A DNA stretch of 64,000 nucleotides from Mobula hypostoma (taxonomy: Eukaryota). The position numbers were made by a program, and so were the translations under genes. Positions 50,523-63,639 of this stretch are shown one piece after another; the stretch's first letter is position 1; each line of letters opens with the position of its first letter. The stretch spans positions 7,378,001 through 7,442,000 of the forward strand of contig NC_086105.1 in NCBI RefSeq assembly GCF_963921235.1. The letters are read 5' to 3'. Below the pieces are notes generated by a model. It saw nothing but the letters and a program-made list of their open reading frames with translations. It did no database searches and was not told the origin of the DNA.

Positions 50523-51221
50523 ATGAGTATTTTATTCCCAAGGCTTATTTCCAAAAGCTAGACATCTTTGTAAAAAGTTAACATCATTCTATTGATTTTT
50601 CCTTTAATGAATTAATATTTATTTAAATTTTGGCTCCAGTTTTATTCTGTTTTACTTCCCAGAAATCTTTTCCAATATTTAATGAAGTACTCTTCAGAGA
50701 GACCATCAGTGTGCTGCCTAATTTACATGAAATTGTGAGGAGACACCAAGGATCTATCTGCATCCATCAGTACCCAACAGCAGCATTCATTTTAGAAACT
50801 CCTATCTGGCCAAGTCTGTTGAGACATATCATTACCACTGCTACTCCCCCATTCCATCATGGCTGATTTATTATCTCTCTCAATCCCATTCTTCCTCCTT
50901 CTCCCTGCAACACTTGACACCCTGACTGACCAATAGCCTTATCTACCCCCAGTTTAAATCTACCCGATGACTTGACCCCCCCACAGCTGTCTTTAGCAAA
51001 TAATTCTGGATTCACTATCTAACTGGCTGATTCACTGTCTGTTGTGGGGGTGGGTTCGACTGCACAGGATCAAAATAAGCTGCAGAGAGTTGTAAACTTA
51101 GTCAGCTTCATCGTAAGCACGAGCTTTCATAGCATCCAGGACATCCTCAAGGAGCGATGCCTCAAAAAGGCAGCATCCATCATTAAGGACCCCCATCACC
51201 CAAGGGTTCTCATTCCTAACA

Positions 51222-51850
51222 TTAGGACAATAAACTGGACTGGTCAAAGAACACCGAGGCTGTCTACAAGAAGGGTCAGAGCCGTCTCTATTTCCTGAGG
51301 AGACTGAGGTCCTTTAACATCTGCCGGATGATGCTGAGGATGTTCTACGAGTCTGTGGTGGCCAGTGAGATCATGTTTGCTGTTGTGTGCTGGGGCAGCA
51401 GGCTGAGGGTGGCAGACACCAACAGAATCAACAAACTCATTCGTAAGGCCAGTGATGTTGTGGGGATGGAACTGGACTCTCTGACTGTGGTGTCTGAAAA
51501 GAGGATGCTGTCTAAGTTGCGTGCCATCTTGGTCAATGTCTCCCATCCACTACATAATGTACTGGGTGGGCACAGGAGTACATTCAGCCAGAGACTCATT
51601 CCACTGAGATGCAGCACAGAGCGTCATAGGAAGTCATTCCTGCCTGTGGCCATCAAACTTTACAACTCCTCCCTTGGAGGGTCGGACACCCTGAGCCAAT
51701 AGGCTGGTCCTGGACTTATTTCATAATTTCCTGGCATAATTTACATATTACTATTTAACTATTTATGGTTCTATGACTATTTATTATTTATGGCGCAACT
51801 GTAACGAAAACCAATTTCCCCCGGGATCAATAAAGTATGACTATGACTAG
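51222..51850 (+). mobile_element. Rex1-like LINE 3' end nested in an older Rex/Babar fragment (51030-51960)
   Basis: RLYFLRRLRSF..MFYESVVASEIMFAVVCWG..HPLH..RKSFLPVAIKLYN; AATAAA and (atgact)n tail. Confidence 0.85.
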
Positions 51851-52033
51851 GAAGGAGGTATAGGAGCCTGAAGGCAGACACTCAATGATTCATTAACTGC
51901 TTCTTCCCCTCTACCATCTGTTACTGATTTCTGAATGGATATTGAACCCACAAACACTACCTCACTACATTTTTTATTTTTATTTTTGCACTTCTTATTT
52001 AACTTTTTTTATATACGTATATAATATATTTTA

Positions 52034-52341
52034 AGGCATCCGTTAGTCTTGCAAGACCATGGATCTGCGCCTGGAAAGTCTTCACTCTCCAGGGAGCAGG
52101 CCTGGGCAAGGTTGCATGGAAGACCAGCAGTTGCCCATGCTGCAAGTCTCCCCTCTCCACGACACCAATGTTGTCCAGGGGAAGGGCATTAGGACCCATA
52201 CAGCTTGGCACCGGTGTCGTCGCAGAGCAATGTGTGATTAAGTGCCTTGCTCAAGAACACAACACGTTCTCTTGACTGGGGCTTGGACTCACGACCTTCA
52301 GGCAGCTAGTCCAATGCCTTAACCACTTGGCCACGTGCCCA
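52034..52341 (-). mobile_element. tRNA-headed CORE-like SINE with RTE-derived body/tail
   Basis: Head GGGCACGTGGCCAAGTGGTTAAGGC..GTGAGTCCAAGCCCC; CORE-like GTTCTTGAGCAAGGCACTTAA; tail CCATGGTCTTGCAAGACTAACGGATGCC. Confidence 0.7.
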
Positions 52342-52639
52342 CACATATATACCGTAATTTCATATTTTTTTTCTGTATTACATCATATTGCTCTCGCAAA
52401 GACAACAAATTTCATGGCATAAGCCAGTGATATTAAACCTGATTCTGATCTCTGTTCTAAAGGGATCACTGCTAGTCTGGGGATTTATCTTTCTATTGTA
52501 GCTTCAACATTGAGGAAAGGAAAGGAGAGAGTAATTTGCAAAAGGTAAAAAAATGGGGAAATAACGCTCATGTAATTAACTTATAAGAGTTTAAGTTAAA
52601 GGCTTAAAGGTAAATATGTTGATATAATGGGAAATAGGG

Positions 52640-53482
52640 TTCAAATGTTTCCATTTATTTTCAGAGAATGTATACGGTATACAACTTAAAATACTTAATC
52701 TTCGCAGACATCCATGGAAAATGGAAGAACCCCAAAAGAATGAATGACAAAAAAAACATTAGAACCCTAAAGCCCCCTCTGCCCCTCTCCTGGACAAGCA
52801 GCAACAAAGTATCAACACATCAACCTCCCCCGTCCCGCACCCATTTCAGCAAAAAGTGTCAGCACCCACCACCCACCAAGCAACAGCACAGAGACCATGG
52901 TCTGCAGTCCACAAGAACTATTGTTTACCCGACAGTTCGACGTGCCACAGGCTCTCTCTCTCTCTCACTAACAAGGGACAGAGAGACGTCACCCATTTCA
53001 CAGCGAAAGAGGAGACTAACAGTCACTGTACGATATTAAGGTCTGCCGCATCGCTTGTTATTCCAGGATTCTCTGACTCGGGAATTGGCAGCAAACTCTC
53101 CCCTCCATCAAGAGGGAGAGAGAGGCAGCGGTCACTTGATTACAGAGACCTCTGTCAGCCACAGCAAAATCCTGATGTCCTTTCTCCTGTGACGCCTCAG
53201 TTGGTAACACCAGCACGGAGCTGGTCGTCCACAGGGCCACGCAGGGCCGCACCCCAGAGGCGACATCACCCACGCTGGTGAATGTTGGAAAACGACCGGC
53301 CAGCGAGCTCCAGGAGCGGGAACTCATTTGCCCTGAAAAACAGCAGTTTTCAGTGCCATTGCAGATCAGGGATCTCGATAGAACCCCAGTCTCTTTGGAA
53401 AGGCAGAAAAGAGACATTAAAGAGAGGAATTTACTCTGTTTCCTCCAGTGAGCTCAAAGAGGCAGCCATTTGGTGCCATCTA
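52640..53482 (-). mobile_element. Non-coding non-autonomous retroposon-like repeat
   Basis: Homologous to 20405-21170; starts with AGATGGCACC (YY1-like) on the minus strand. Confidence 0.55.
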
Positions 53483-53487
53483 GGCAG

Positions 53488-53706
53488 CTGGAAGAGCTAG
53501 TAAGAGATTTGAAACATCTCTTACTAGCCTCTCCCTCCCATTTTCAAATCTCTTACTAGCTCTTCTTTCAGTTAGTCCTGACGAAGGGTCTCGGCCCGAA
53601 ATGTCGACTGTACCTCTTCCGAGAGATGCTGCCTGGCCTGCTGCGTTCACCAGCAACTTTAATGTGTGTTGCTTGAAATTCCAGCATCTGCAGAATTCCT
53701 CGTGTT
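53488..53706 (+). mobile_element. Penelope-type terminal repeat with short internal fold-back
   Basis: Hammerhead motif at 53573-53610 (UAGUC CUGACGA A GGGUCUCGGCCC GAAAU GUC GACUG). Confidence 0.8.
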
Positions 53707-54019
53707 CCAGATTTTTCCTCGGGGTTTACTCCCGAAGCCTTCCCCATGAGTGGGTGTAGCGGCAAGGCAGCGGAGGTTTGAGATTGGAGTTTTCCTTCTC
53801 CTAGGTGAGCTGACAACCACGGCTGATGAGTCCGAACTGCCTGAAGCAACTGGTTTGAAGGTGCCAGTAACCCACCTTTTCCCCTTCTCCTGTCAGTAGA
53901 ATTGGTTCCACTAGGCTTAGTAGCTAAGTCACACGTGAAGGTCAGGAACTGAACTTGGTTGTCAGAGGCTATTTGGGACTTGCCCTATTGGGAGCGTTTA
54001 ATAGATAGTGGGAGGTTAA

Positions 54020-55900
54020 CTACACTGCCTTCCCTAGCCATAACAACCTTAAGAAGTCAAAGGATCCATATGGATAACTGGCAAAAGTAAGTTTTACACT
54101 TTTTCTTGGTAGACGTGACAATAATAAACCAATTCCAGTTCCAATATTAACGTAAGGAAAATGTTGGAATCTATTATTTATAAAAGTGGCAACAACTTGG
54201 GCAAAACAGTATCCATTTTTGAAAGGGAAGGGGTATTTGAAAAGATTTGTTGGAATGTTTGGAGGGTGAACTAGCATTTAGATTTTCAGAAGACCTTCAA
54301 TAAAGTTTCCACAAGAGGTGTTTTCATAAAACTGAAAGACAGGATATTGAAGGTAATATATTAGTAGGAGTCTATGATTGACAGAAAACAGAGAGTAGGA
54401 TTGTGTTAGGAGTCCGTGACCAGTGGATTGAATGCGGAAATTTTTTCTTGTGCCTCTAATTGTTCACAATTTATATCAAAGATTCAGTTTGGGAATGAGA
54501 GGGTTAACATATGAGGACCGTTTGGTGACCCTGAGCTTGTACTCACTGGAATTTAGAAGAATATGGGAGGATCTCATTGAAGTCTACCAAATATTGAAAG
54601 GCCTAGACAGAGTGAATGTGGAGAGGATGTTTCCTATAGTGAGGGAGTCTCGGACCAGAGAAGCACGGCTGTTAATACAAGGATGTCCCTACGGAATAGA
54701 GATGAGAAGAGAAAATAAATCAGCATAATAGAATAGCAGAGCAGACTTGATGGACTAATTCAGCTCCCATGTCTTCTAGTCTTAAGAAGAGATCAAATGT
54801 AATGCTTCTGATGCAAAGGCAGTGTGGGCTGTGAGACTTTGAGGAAAGAGATAGGTTATGTGAATGGTCAAAGACTTTGCAGATGGAAGAATGGTGACGC
54901 CAACTATTTAGTAGAAACAATAAAATACTTATTGAATTGGTGAGAGATTGAAAGGTGTTGATGTTTAGAGGGAACTCATGAATCGGCGGGAAGAGAGAGA
55001 GCAGCACGCCACGCGTGCGCAGCTCTCCAGTGAAAAATGATATCGTATCCGTTAAATAGAGGCCGTGGACAATTGATGGAGACGGACGTGAAGGCACAGA
55101 GGAACATCTGGAAAAATTTCTGAAACGCCAGTTCGCTGCTGTTGTTACTGCGTGATCAGGAATCTTTCGGAGGGAAGGCCTCAAAATCCCCGGCTTTGCT
55201 GGCTGCTGGCGACCGAGATGGAGGTCGAATCGTTCGGATAGAGATGGCGCTCTGGTGTCGGAGAGCTGATCAGAGCTCGAAGTTTTCGGATGACTCAGAG
55301 TCGGACTGTGGTCGGGTATGGCAGGGAGAGTTTTTCTTCCTTCTTCCCATCTGTGTGAGATGTGGGACATTTGAGAGACTTTGAACTTTTTACTGTGCTC
55401 ATGGACTTCTTCATCAAGTTATGGTAGTGTTGCACTGTTGTAACTATATGTTATAATTATGTTTTTTTTTAGTTTTTTTCAGTCTTGGTCTGTCCTGTGT
55501 TTCTGTGATATCACACCGGAGGAAATATTGTATCATTTCATAATGCATGCATTACTAAATGACAATAAAAGAGGACTGTGTGTCTTCATAATCTAATAAT
55601 CGAATCACTGGATGTTGAAAATGCAAGCAATGAATAAGACAATTGGCCTTAATTGCAAGATTATTTGAGTCCAAGAGTAGATATGTCTTGCTCCAGTTAT
55701 GTAGAGCCTCTGATGAGACTTGATCAGGAAAATTGTGGACAGGTCCAATCTCCGTACCTAAGTACTGTAATGACAAAGACTCTGTTAGGGGCTTGCAGTG
55801 AAGGTTCTCCAGTTTGATTCCTCAAATAGTGCATTTGTCATCTGGGAGTGATTAAGGAGACTGTACTCCATGGTGTTTAGAAGAATGACACAATCTCATT
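54020..55900 (+). mobile_element. Decayed CR1 fragments with nested non-coding insertion (54985-55601, 5-bp duplication GAATC)
   Basis: LYSLEFRRIWEDLIEVYQIL; the insert ends in AATAAA and a (taatc)n tail. Confidence 0.65.
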
Positions 55901-56049
55901 TCACTTACCCGAATGCTGTTCTGACCCCACAGCCTATAGACTCACTTTCAAGGACTCTACAACTCACGTTCTCGGTTTTTTTATTATTTGTATGTTTTGT
56001 CTTCTTTTTGCCCATTGTTTATTTGCCAGTTTTTATATTTTTTATATAG

Positions 56050-56582
56050 TAGGGGCATATGGGGTGTCCAAGGAGGGGTAGCACCTCTGGTGAAGAGGCT
56101 TGTTATGTCCATTATGGGGCAGCTCACTGACGTTTGGTCCCCACCGGACCCTCAGCTCTCACCTGTGGCTCCAAGTAACTGTTTGCATGTGACAGCGGCC
56201 ACACCTCGGTACACTGCCTCGATAGATGACCTAAACTAGGTGAGGGTAGCCAGCAGCCTCATACCCCGATGAGAGAGGGACATGCCTGTTCTAGCATGCC
56301 AAATCAGCTCTGGTGGACTGGGTGGATGAGATCTATAGTGAAATCCAATGGTCAGGAAGGTGGTTCTGCAACGCTCCATAGAGAGCAAAGGGTATGACAA
56401 AACATAGAAGACATCATGGTCATCCACTGCAACCAAGGAAGACCCAGTTTGTGACGACGACTCGTACCACTGAACCAGGACTTCTGAAGTCGGGAGAGTG
56501 GAATTGCCCCAGAACGGCTTTTCCACTTCTAAAAACTCACCTACACAGATTTCCTGTCATCGTCGGACACAGCGGACAACCA
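56050..56582 (+). mobile_element. Probable RTE-derived non-autonomous element
   Basis: GC-richer block interrupting an AT-rich LINE 3' UTR; ends in an RTE-like TCATCGTCGGACAC..CGGACAACCA. Family assignment is from recall only. Confidence 0.45.
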
Positions 56583-59500
56583 CTATATTTCACAGTATTT
56601 CATAAATTCTATTGTATTTCTTTATTTCCCTCTACATGCCTGCTAGAAATTGAATCTCAAGGTAGTATATGGTGAGATATATGCACTTCGATAATAAATT
56701 TACTTTGAACTTTGAATTACCATATGCAAAATTCTTAAGAGTCTTAACAGGGTAGATGTATTGATGTTTCTTTTGGGTGGAACGTTTAGAATCAAGGGCT
56801 GTTGCCTTAAATAAGGGGTTCGGGATAAAGTTGGGGAGATGTTTCTTCACTGAGAGAGTGGTAAATGATCTAGCCTTAGAAGTGGTGGAGTCACAGTCAC
56901 TCAGTATTTTCAAGGCAGTGATCAATAGAACATGGAATTAGTACAAGAAAATGGCTCTGAAATGAAGTGTAAGTCTGGACCTTAGTCAGTGCAGATTAGG
57001 CACTGTGTCATAGTGGGCTAATCCTGCTGCCATTTCTCATGTTGTCAAGAAATGCACAAAATACAGTATAATTTAAAAAAGTCCCGCAATTAGTCTTCTT
57101 ACCTAACATTATTTAAAGAGTACATTGTTTCATTGTAATAGCCATCCACAATATTTATGTCAACCTGTTCAAATTTCCAAGTTATTACGTAACATAAAGA
57201 AACAATTTCCAGAAGCCAAAGAGCGATCGAGCCACTTGTTTGCTCATCAGTCATGGGTCTAGATGACCATCGAGCTCAGTAAATTGACTCAGTCATTTTG
57301 GGTCATTGGCGTACTTTGATGCAACCAGCTTTAGTTCTGTCCGTCTAGTCAAAGCCGAAATGAAGTGGCTGATAATAAGTTTAATTTCAATTCACCTTGC
57401 AGAATCTTTGATGAGGTGAGTGATTTCTGAATCCTTTTAATTCTAATGAACCAATATGCTCGGTGAATTATGGAAATGAACAGGAAGTAAGGATTATTGG
57501 AGATGGATGGCTGAAATCGGACTTTTTCAGGTGTGCTTAATGAAAACATTATAAGTAATAAGCTTACGGTTTATGCCTTCTGTCTAACATATCAATGTAT
57601 TTATGTAATAAAACTGCACGCCTTACTGGGAACTGGGAACTTGAAAATAGATCCAACCTTTAGTTGATCTAATAGGATATGTTTTGGCAGGAACATTTGA
57701 TGCATGAATTGAAGATGTAAATGCAACTTTTACACTGAGACACTGAGTGTCAAAATAATACCATTCTGCAGATGCTGGATTTCTGAAATTAAAACAAAAA
57801 CTATTGGGATTGTAAAGGGGATGGTGGGGGCATTTCTGTTCTGATGAAAATCCAATAATCTGAAGCATTAGTTTAGTTTCTCTTGCTGCAGGTGCAACTT
57901 GAATTATTAAATATTTGCAGCATCTTTTGAATATTACAGTAGATCATGTTTATTGGGCCGCACGGTAGCATAGTGGTTAGCACAACACTCGACAGTACCA
58001 GGCAACCTGGGTTCAATTCCCATCATTGGTGTAAGGAGTTTGAATGTTTCCCCCACGACCCCATGGGTTTTCTCCAGGTGTTCTGGTTTCCTCCCATCGT
58101 CCAAAGACGTACTGGTTGATGGGTTTTGGTCATCATGAATTGTCCTATTAACATCGTAAACCAGCGAGTTGTTTGTTATGTCTCCCGGCTCTCTGGTGAA
58201 AAATGGAGACGCCTCCTTCTCCCTTGTTAGGGAGAGAGAGAGAGAGCCAGTGGTATGTCAAAAGCTGGATGAAACACGAAGTCTTTAGGGTAATTGCAAG
58301 TCTGTGTCTTTGCTATTGCTTTGCTTACGTTGAGTGCTCAGTTGCGGGTGGCCGTGCTTGCTTTTTTTTTGCCGGTGGGGGGAGGGGAGATTGTTGCTCG
58401 CTGCCACTTACGCATGGGAGGGGGGAGCTGGGGAGGACTTTGGGGTTCTAACTGTTTAACTGTTGTTCATTCTTTGGGGTACTTCTCTGTTTTTGCGGCT
58501 GTTTTCAAAGGAAAGGCATTTCAGGATATATATTGTATACATTACTCTGATATTAAATTGGACCTTTGAATCTTTGAAACTTTGACCTTTAAAAATTAGG
58601 CTAGGGTTAAACTGGGGGATGGCTGGGCAGCACGGCTTGAAGGGCTGGAAGGGACTATCCCATGCTGTATCTCAGTAAGTAAATAAATATTTGACCATCT
58701 GCTGGTACCTCATTGTTTTGATACAAAAGTCCTCTAATGCCTTTGATGAATTATTTTTCACAATTTCTTCAAACTCTTTGCTATTTTCTGCAAAATAAAT
58801 CAAGGTGCCAGTGTACAGAACAGAGTTGTTTATAGAACTTTCAACTGTATATCTCTTGCATTTGTACAGTTTCAAATAATAATACAAATAATTGTAACTC
58901 CAATGAATTTAAGCAGACACCTACCTTTTTAAAATTTCAAAAATATACTTCATCCTTATTATGTACAATAAAAACATTTGACACACACCTTCTCTACATT
59001 CGTAGTATCGCCAGTTTAATGTTTCCTCATTAACCAATGCTGTGAAGTACTTGAGAGATTGTGTAACTGAGGGCTGATTTTCAATGCACCAATGAGCACC
59101 CACTCCTGCTCCTTTTGTCACGGTAGTGTGGCGATTAGCATAATCACTCTGCAGCACCAGCAATCACTGATCAGGGTTCAATTCCCATCTCTGTCTGTAA
59201 GGAGTTTGTGCATTCCCCCTGTGACCACGCGTGTTTCCTCTGGGTGCTCCAATTTCCCGCCATAAAGACGCCATGTTTGTGGTGGAAACATGGTGGCACT
59301 TGTGGAGTGGTCCCAGCACATCCTTACTGATCTGATTTGACATAAATGATGCATTTCACTGTGTTTTGATGTACAAGTGACAAATAAAGCGAATCCTTAA
59401 TCGTTAATCTTTTCAATCTTTAATCTTTGGAATGTGCCGGTTGACAGAAGGCAATTGTGGACATCTCCTTTTACTGGGAGATCACAAAGTTCCACGTGGA

Positions 59501-60294
59501 CCAAAGTGAATCATACACTGAGTTCATGATCTTCCAGCATCGGATCATGCTCTTCTGAGTATCTGGTGTCTCCAAGTAGCCCACAGAATAAGAGTCCACT
59601 TGGGTACATAGTGCTCGACCAAGTAAAGTATTCATTGGGAAAATATATGAAGAATGTACAAGTACCCATGCATATTTCAAATATTAAACAACTTTTTAGA
59701 ATAAAGTGGGGCATTTTCCACTTCTGCAAGATAACATAAGACCAAACACAGGGGCAGAATTAGGCCATTCAGCCCATCAGGTCTACTTTGCCATTTCATG
59801 ATGGCTGATTTATTATCCCTCTCAACCTCACTCTCCTGCATTCTCCCTGTAACCTTTGACACCTTGCTAATCAAGAACCTGTCAACCTCCACTTTAAGTA
59901 TACCCAATGAGTTGACTGTCTGTGGCAATGAATTCTACAGATTCACCACCCACTTGTAAAAGAAATTCCTCATCATCTGTGTTCTAAAGAGCTATCTTTC
60001 TATTCTGAGGCTGTGTCCTCTCCTCATAGACTCCCCCATTGTAGGAAGGAAACATCCTCTCCATGTTCGCATCTGAGGCATGATGAAGTCTACATAGGGT
60101 TGACCAGGTCAGAAAGAATAGGGTTGGCTACATTAAGTAACAAGCCGAAGTCTCCCACAAGCAGAAAATCAGATGCACTGGTCAAAGTGGATAGGATGGA
60201 GTCGAGGTACGAGGGCACAAGCTCAGTGGGAAAGGAGCAGGCGGAGACAATAGGCAGCAGGTGCTCTGCTCCCTTCTCAATAAAAGAACCAACC

Positions 60295-61745
60295 AGTTAC
60301 CCTCCACCACCACCCTCCTCCATCTCGCAGAACTGGTCCTCAACATCCTCCACTCATCTCATTCCTTTCTCCAGACTTGTGGCGTAGCCATGGGCACATG
60401 CTCAGGCCCAGCTATGCCTGCCTTTTTGTTAGCTACGCAGAACAATCCATGTTTCAAGCCTTCCCTGGTACTGCCCCCCAGTTTTTTCTCTGCTACATTG
60501 ACGACTGCATTGGTGCTGCTTCCGAACCCATGCTGTGCTCGTCAATTTCATCAGCATAGCTCTGAACTTCCACCCTGTCCTTAAATTCATTTTGTCCATT
60601 TCTGACAAATCCTTCCCCTTTCTCAATCTCCCTGTCTCCATCTCTGGAGACAAACTGTCAACCAACATCTTTTATAAACCTAGTGAAACCAGCTGGTTTC
60701 CTTGCCTGCGTAAGTCCAGGGAATACACACTCTGGTCCCTCCAAACTCGTGAGATTGAGATGGCTCTCGCACCAGTTTGTGTGGATGCTCTGTAATTTAC
60801 TACCCTGTTACAACTCAGTGCCAAGAAATAATCTTTCCTTCCAGAACATCAGAGATGTCCTCCTTCTTCAAAGCGGTTTCCCTTCCTCCACCATTGTTGC
60901 TGTCCTCACCTGCATCTCCTCCATTTCCCAAACATAGAAACATAGAAAATAGGTGCAGGAGTAGGCCATTCTGCCCTTCGAGCCTGCATCGCCATTCAGT
61001 ATGATCATGGCTGATCATCCAACTCAGAACCCTGCACCAGCCTTCCCTCCATACCCCCTGATCCCTTTAGCCACAAGGGCCATATCTAACTCCCTCTCAA
61101 ATATAGCCAATGCACTCACCCCATCTTCCCACAGTCTTAACAGTGATAGAGTTCTTCTTGTCTTTGCCTACCAACCCGTTAGCCTCCACATCCAACACAC
61201 CATTCTCTGCAACTTCCGCCATTTCCAAAGGGATCCTACCACATCTTTACCTCCCCTTCTCCGCTTTCTGCAGGGACCACTCCCTCTGTGATTCCAATGT
61301 CCACTCATTCCTCCTCACTAGTCTCCCTCCCGGCGCTTATCCCTGCAAGCAGCCAAAGTTCTTCACCTGCTCATTCAGCTCCTCCCTCACCTCCATTCAG
61401 GGCCCCAAACGGTCCTTCCAGGTGAGGCAACACTTCACCTGTGAATCTGCTGGGGTTGTCTATTGTGTCTGGTGCTCGTGATACAGCCTCCTTTACATGG
61501 GTGAGACCTGTCGAACAACTCCGCTCCATCTGCCAGAATTAGAACTTCCTGGTGGCCAAACATTTTAATTCCCATTCCCTTTCCTGTTCCAAAATGTTGG
61601 CCCATGGCCTCCTCATGTGCCACAATGAGGCCACCCTCAGGGTGGAGAGCAACACCTCATATTCCATCTGGGTAGCCTCCAAACTGATGGCATGAACATT
61701 GATTTCTCCTTCCAGTAAAAAAAAATTCCCTCCCCCTCCGCACCC
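60295..61745 (+). mobile_element. Decayed Penelope-like retroelement (RT + GIY-YIG endonuclease)
   Basis: GVAMGT, PSYACLFV, CYIDDCIG, PFLNL..IFYKP, FTCESAGVVYCVWCS*YSLLYMGET, EQHLIFHLGSL..GMNIDFS. Interrupted by inserts at ~60681-60815 and ~60931-61110 (CR1 3' tail). Confidence 0.88.
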
Positions 61746-63639
61746 CACCCCCAACCATACCAGACTGTGATGCAGCCGGTTGGAATGCTCTGCAAGGTAC
61801 ATCTGTAGGAATTTTTGAGTGTCTTTAGTGACATACCAAATCATGTCAAACTCCTCAGGAAGTATAGCTGCCGTCGTGCCCTCTTTGTAGTACTTGTACG
61901 TGGTCACACTCGTACCATAGACGAGAAAGACAATAACTATCTCCAATATGAGAGAGAATAGTTACCTACCTACGCTTTCAAGGGTATTACCATCATTTCG
62001 CGGCCCGCCATCCCCACTGACTATAAACTCAGCTGCACCAGCCACATAAATATAAAAAATTGTTTTATTTGTTACATGTACATTGAGACACACAGAGAAA
62101 TGTTGTGTTTTTTTGTCAACAACCAACACCCAGTCTGAGAACTTTTTTTATTGGGGTACAATATGGAACCGCACCGCCCAGCAATCGTCCGATTTCATCC
62201 CAGCCAAATCACGCGACAATTTACAACAGCGAATTAACCTACCAACCAGTACGTCTTTGGATTCTGGGAGGAAACTGGAGCACCTGGAGGAAACACACAC
62301 AGTTACGGGGAGAAGGTACAAACTCCTTACAGGCAGTGGTGGGAATTGAACCCGTGTTGCTGGTACAGGAAAGCATTGCGCTAACTACTATGCTACTGTG
62401 CTGCCCCGCAAGTAAGTGTCGCCATGCTTCCAAAGCCAACGTGGCATGCCCTTTACTAATGCTAACGCATGCGTCTTTGGGGTGTAGAATGTACAGACTC
62501 CTTACAAAGGCGTCAGGAATTGAACAGTTGGTGCTGCGATAGCGTTATGTGAGCCACTATGTTACCAAGCTGCCCCACATAAATATCGTACCAACCAGTG
62601 CGGAATGGGGGGGGGTGGGTTATCCTGTGGTGAATAGCTCACCTCCCGACACCCTAGAACCAGACATGTTCTGAAAGACATGTTAGGACCCTCAGCTTGC
62701 TTAAGTGAATTGCGTTCGAGAAGCTAGACACCATCCAGGATAAAGTAGCTACTGTTTAACCATCATGGAGATTTATCCCCAGTACTGACAGGCAGTGAGT
62801 GACTGTAGGGGGTACGCTTTACAAAATGTATGGTTGTTATTTATTTATTAATGTTTATTTGGAGATACAGCACAGAACAGGCCCTTCTGACACAATGATC
62901 CGCATTACCCAGCAACCCACCGATTTAACACCAGTCTGATGACAGGACAATTTATAAATTACCAATTAACCAACAAACTGTTCGGTCTTTGGACCTTGGG
63001 AGGAAGCTGAAGCACCTGGAGGAAACCATGGAGTCATGGCGAGAACGTACAAACTCCTTACAGTTGGAGCCGGAATTGAACTGCAAGCTCTGACACCCCA
63101 GGCTGTAATAGTGATGCAGTAACATCAGTGGTGTCCGATCTGTCCAAAGTTCTCTAACAGTGGCTTCTAAACCCGCAGCAATGACAAAGAAGGATGAGGG
63201 CATCAGGTATATGGGATCGCCACTGTCAGCCAGTTTCCTCTCAATCCTGCCCTGGAAAAATACTTCCATTCCTTCATCGTGTCCAGTTCGAATCTAGGAA
63301 CTCCCATGCCAATAATACTGTCAGACTACCTCCGCCAGAAGGACTGGAGGAGTTCAGGAATACAACTCACCATCACTTTCTTACTGATTGGGGATGTGTA
63401 ATAAATGCTCGCCTTGCCTGTGACTCCCAGATCTCATCAGAAATTAAACAATATCCTGTTCGGATTACCAGGTAGGATATTGGTGATTGGCCTCATATTC
63501 GATCAGGTCCTCAAGGAAACCACTGTCCGACAGGGAGCCATAGACAGCTTGTCCAATGGTGTACCCAGTGCCATCAGTAAAAGTGAGGTAAAGTTCCTCA
63601 CTGCCCCTCGTTTGGCACATTGTTTGCTGTTTCTTTAGT

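Noticed and set aside
53823-53850. CTGATGAGTCCGAA hammerhead-like start
   Set aside because: No closing stem II or GAAA; it lies in the antisense of an RTE-like UTR fragment.
57403-57415. 13-nt micro-exon-like segment (ttgcag|...|gtgagt) and ORFs 57349-57549 and 57623-57868
   Set aside because: No host gene on that strand and not frame-preserving. The second ORF overlaps an old Penelope-type repeat remnant (CCAGCATCTGCAGA).
61479-61481. In-frame TGA in the Penelope endonuclease as selenocysteine
   Set aside because: It falls at a non-Cys position of the CxxC motif (CS*Y), consistent with CGA to TGA CpG decay in an already broken element.
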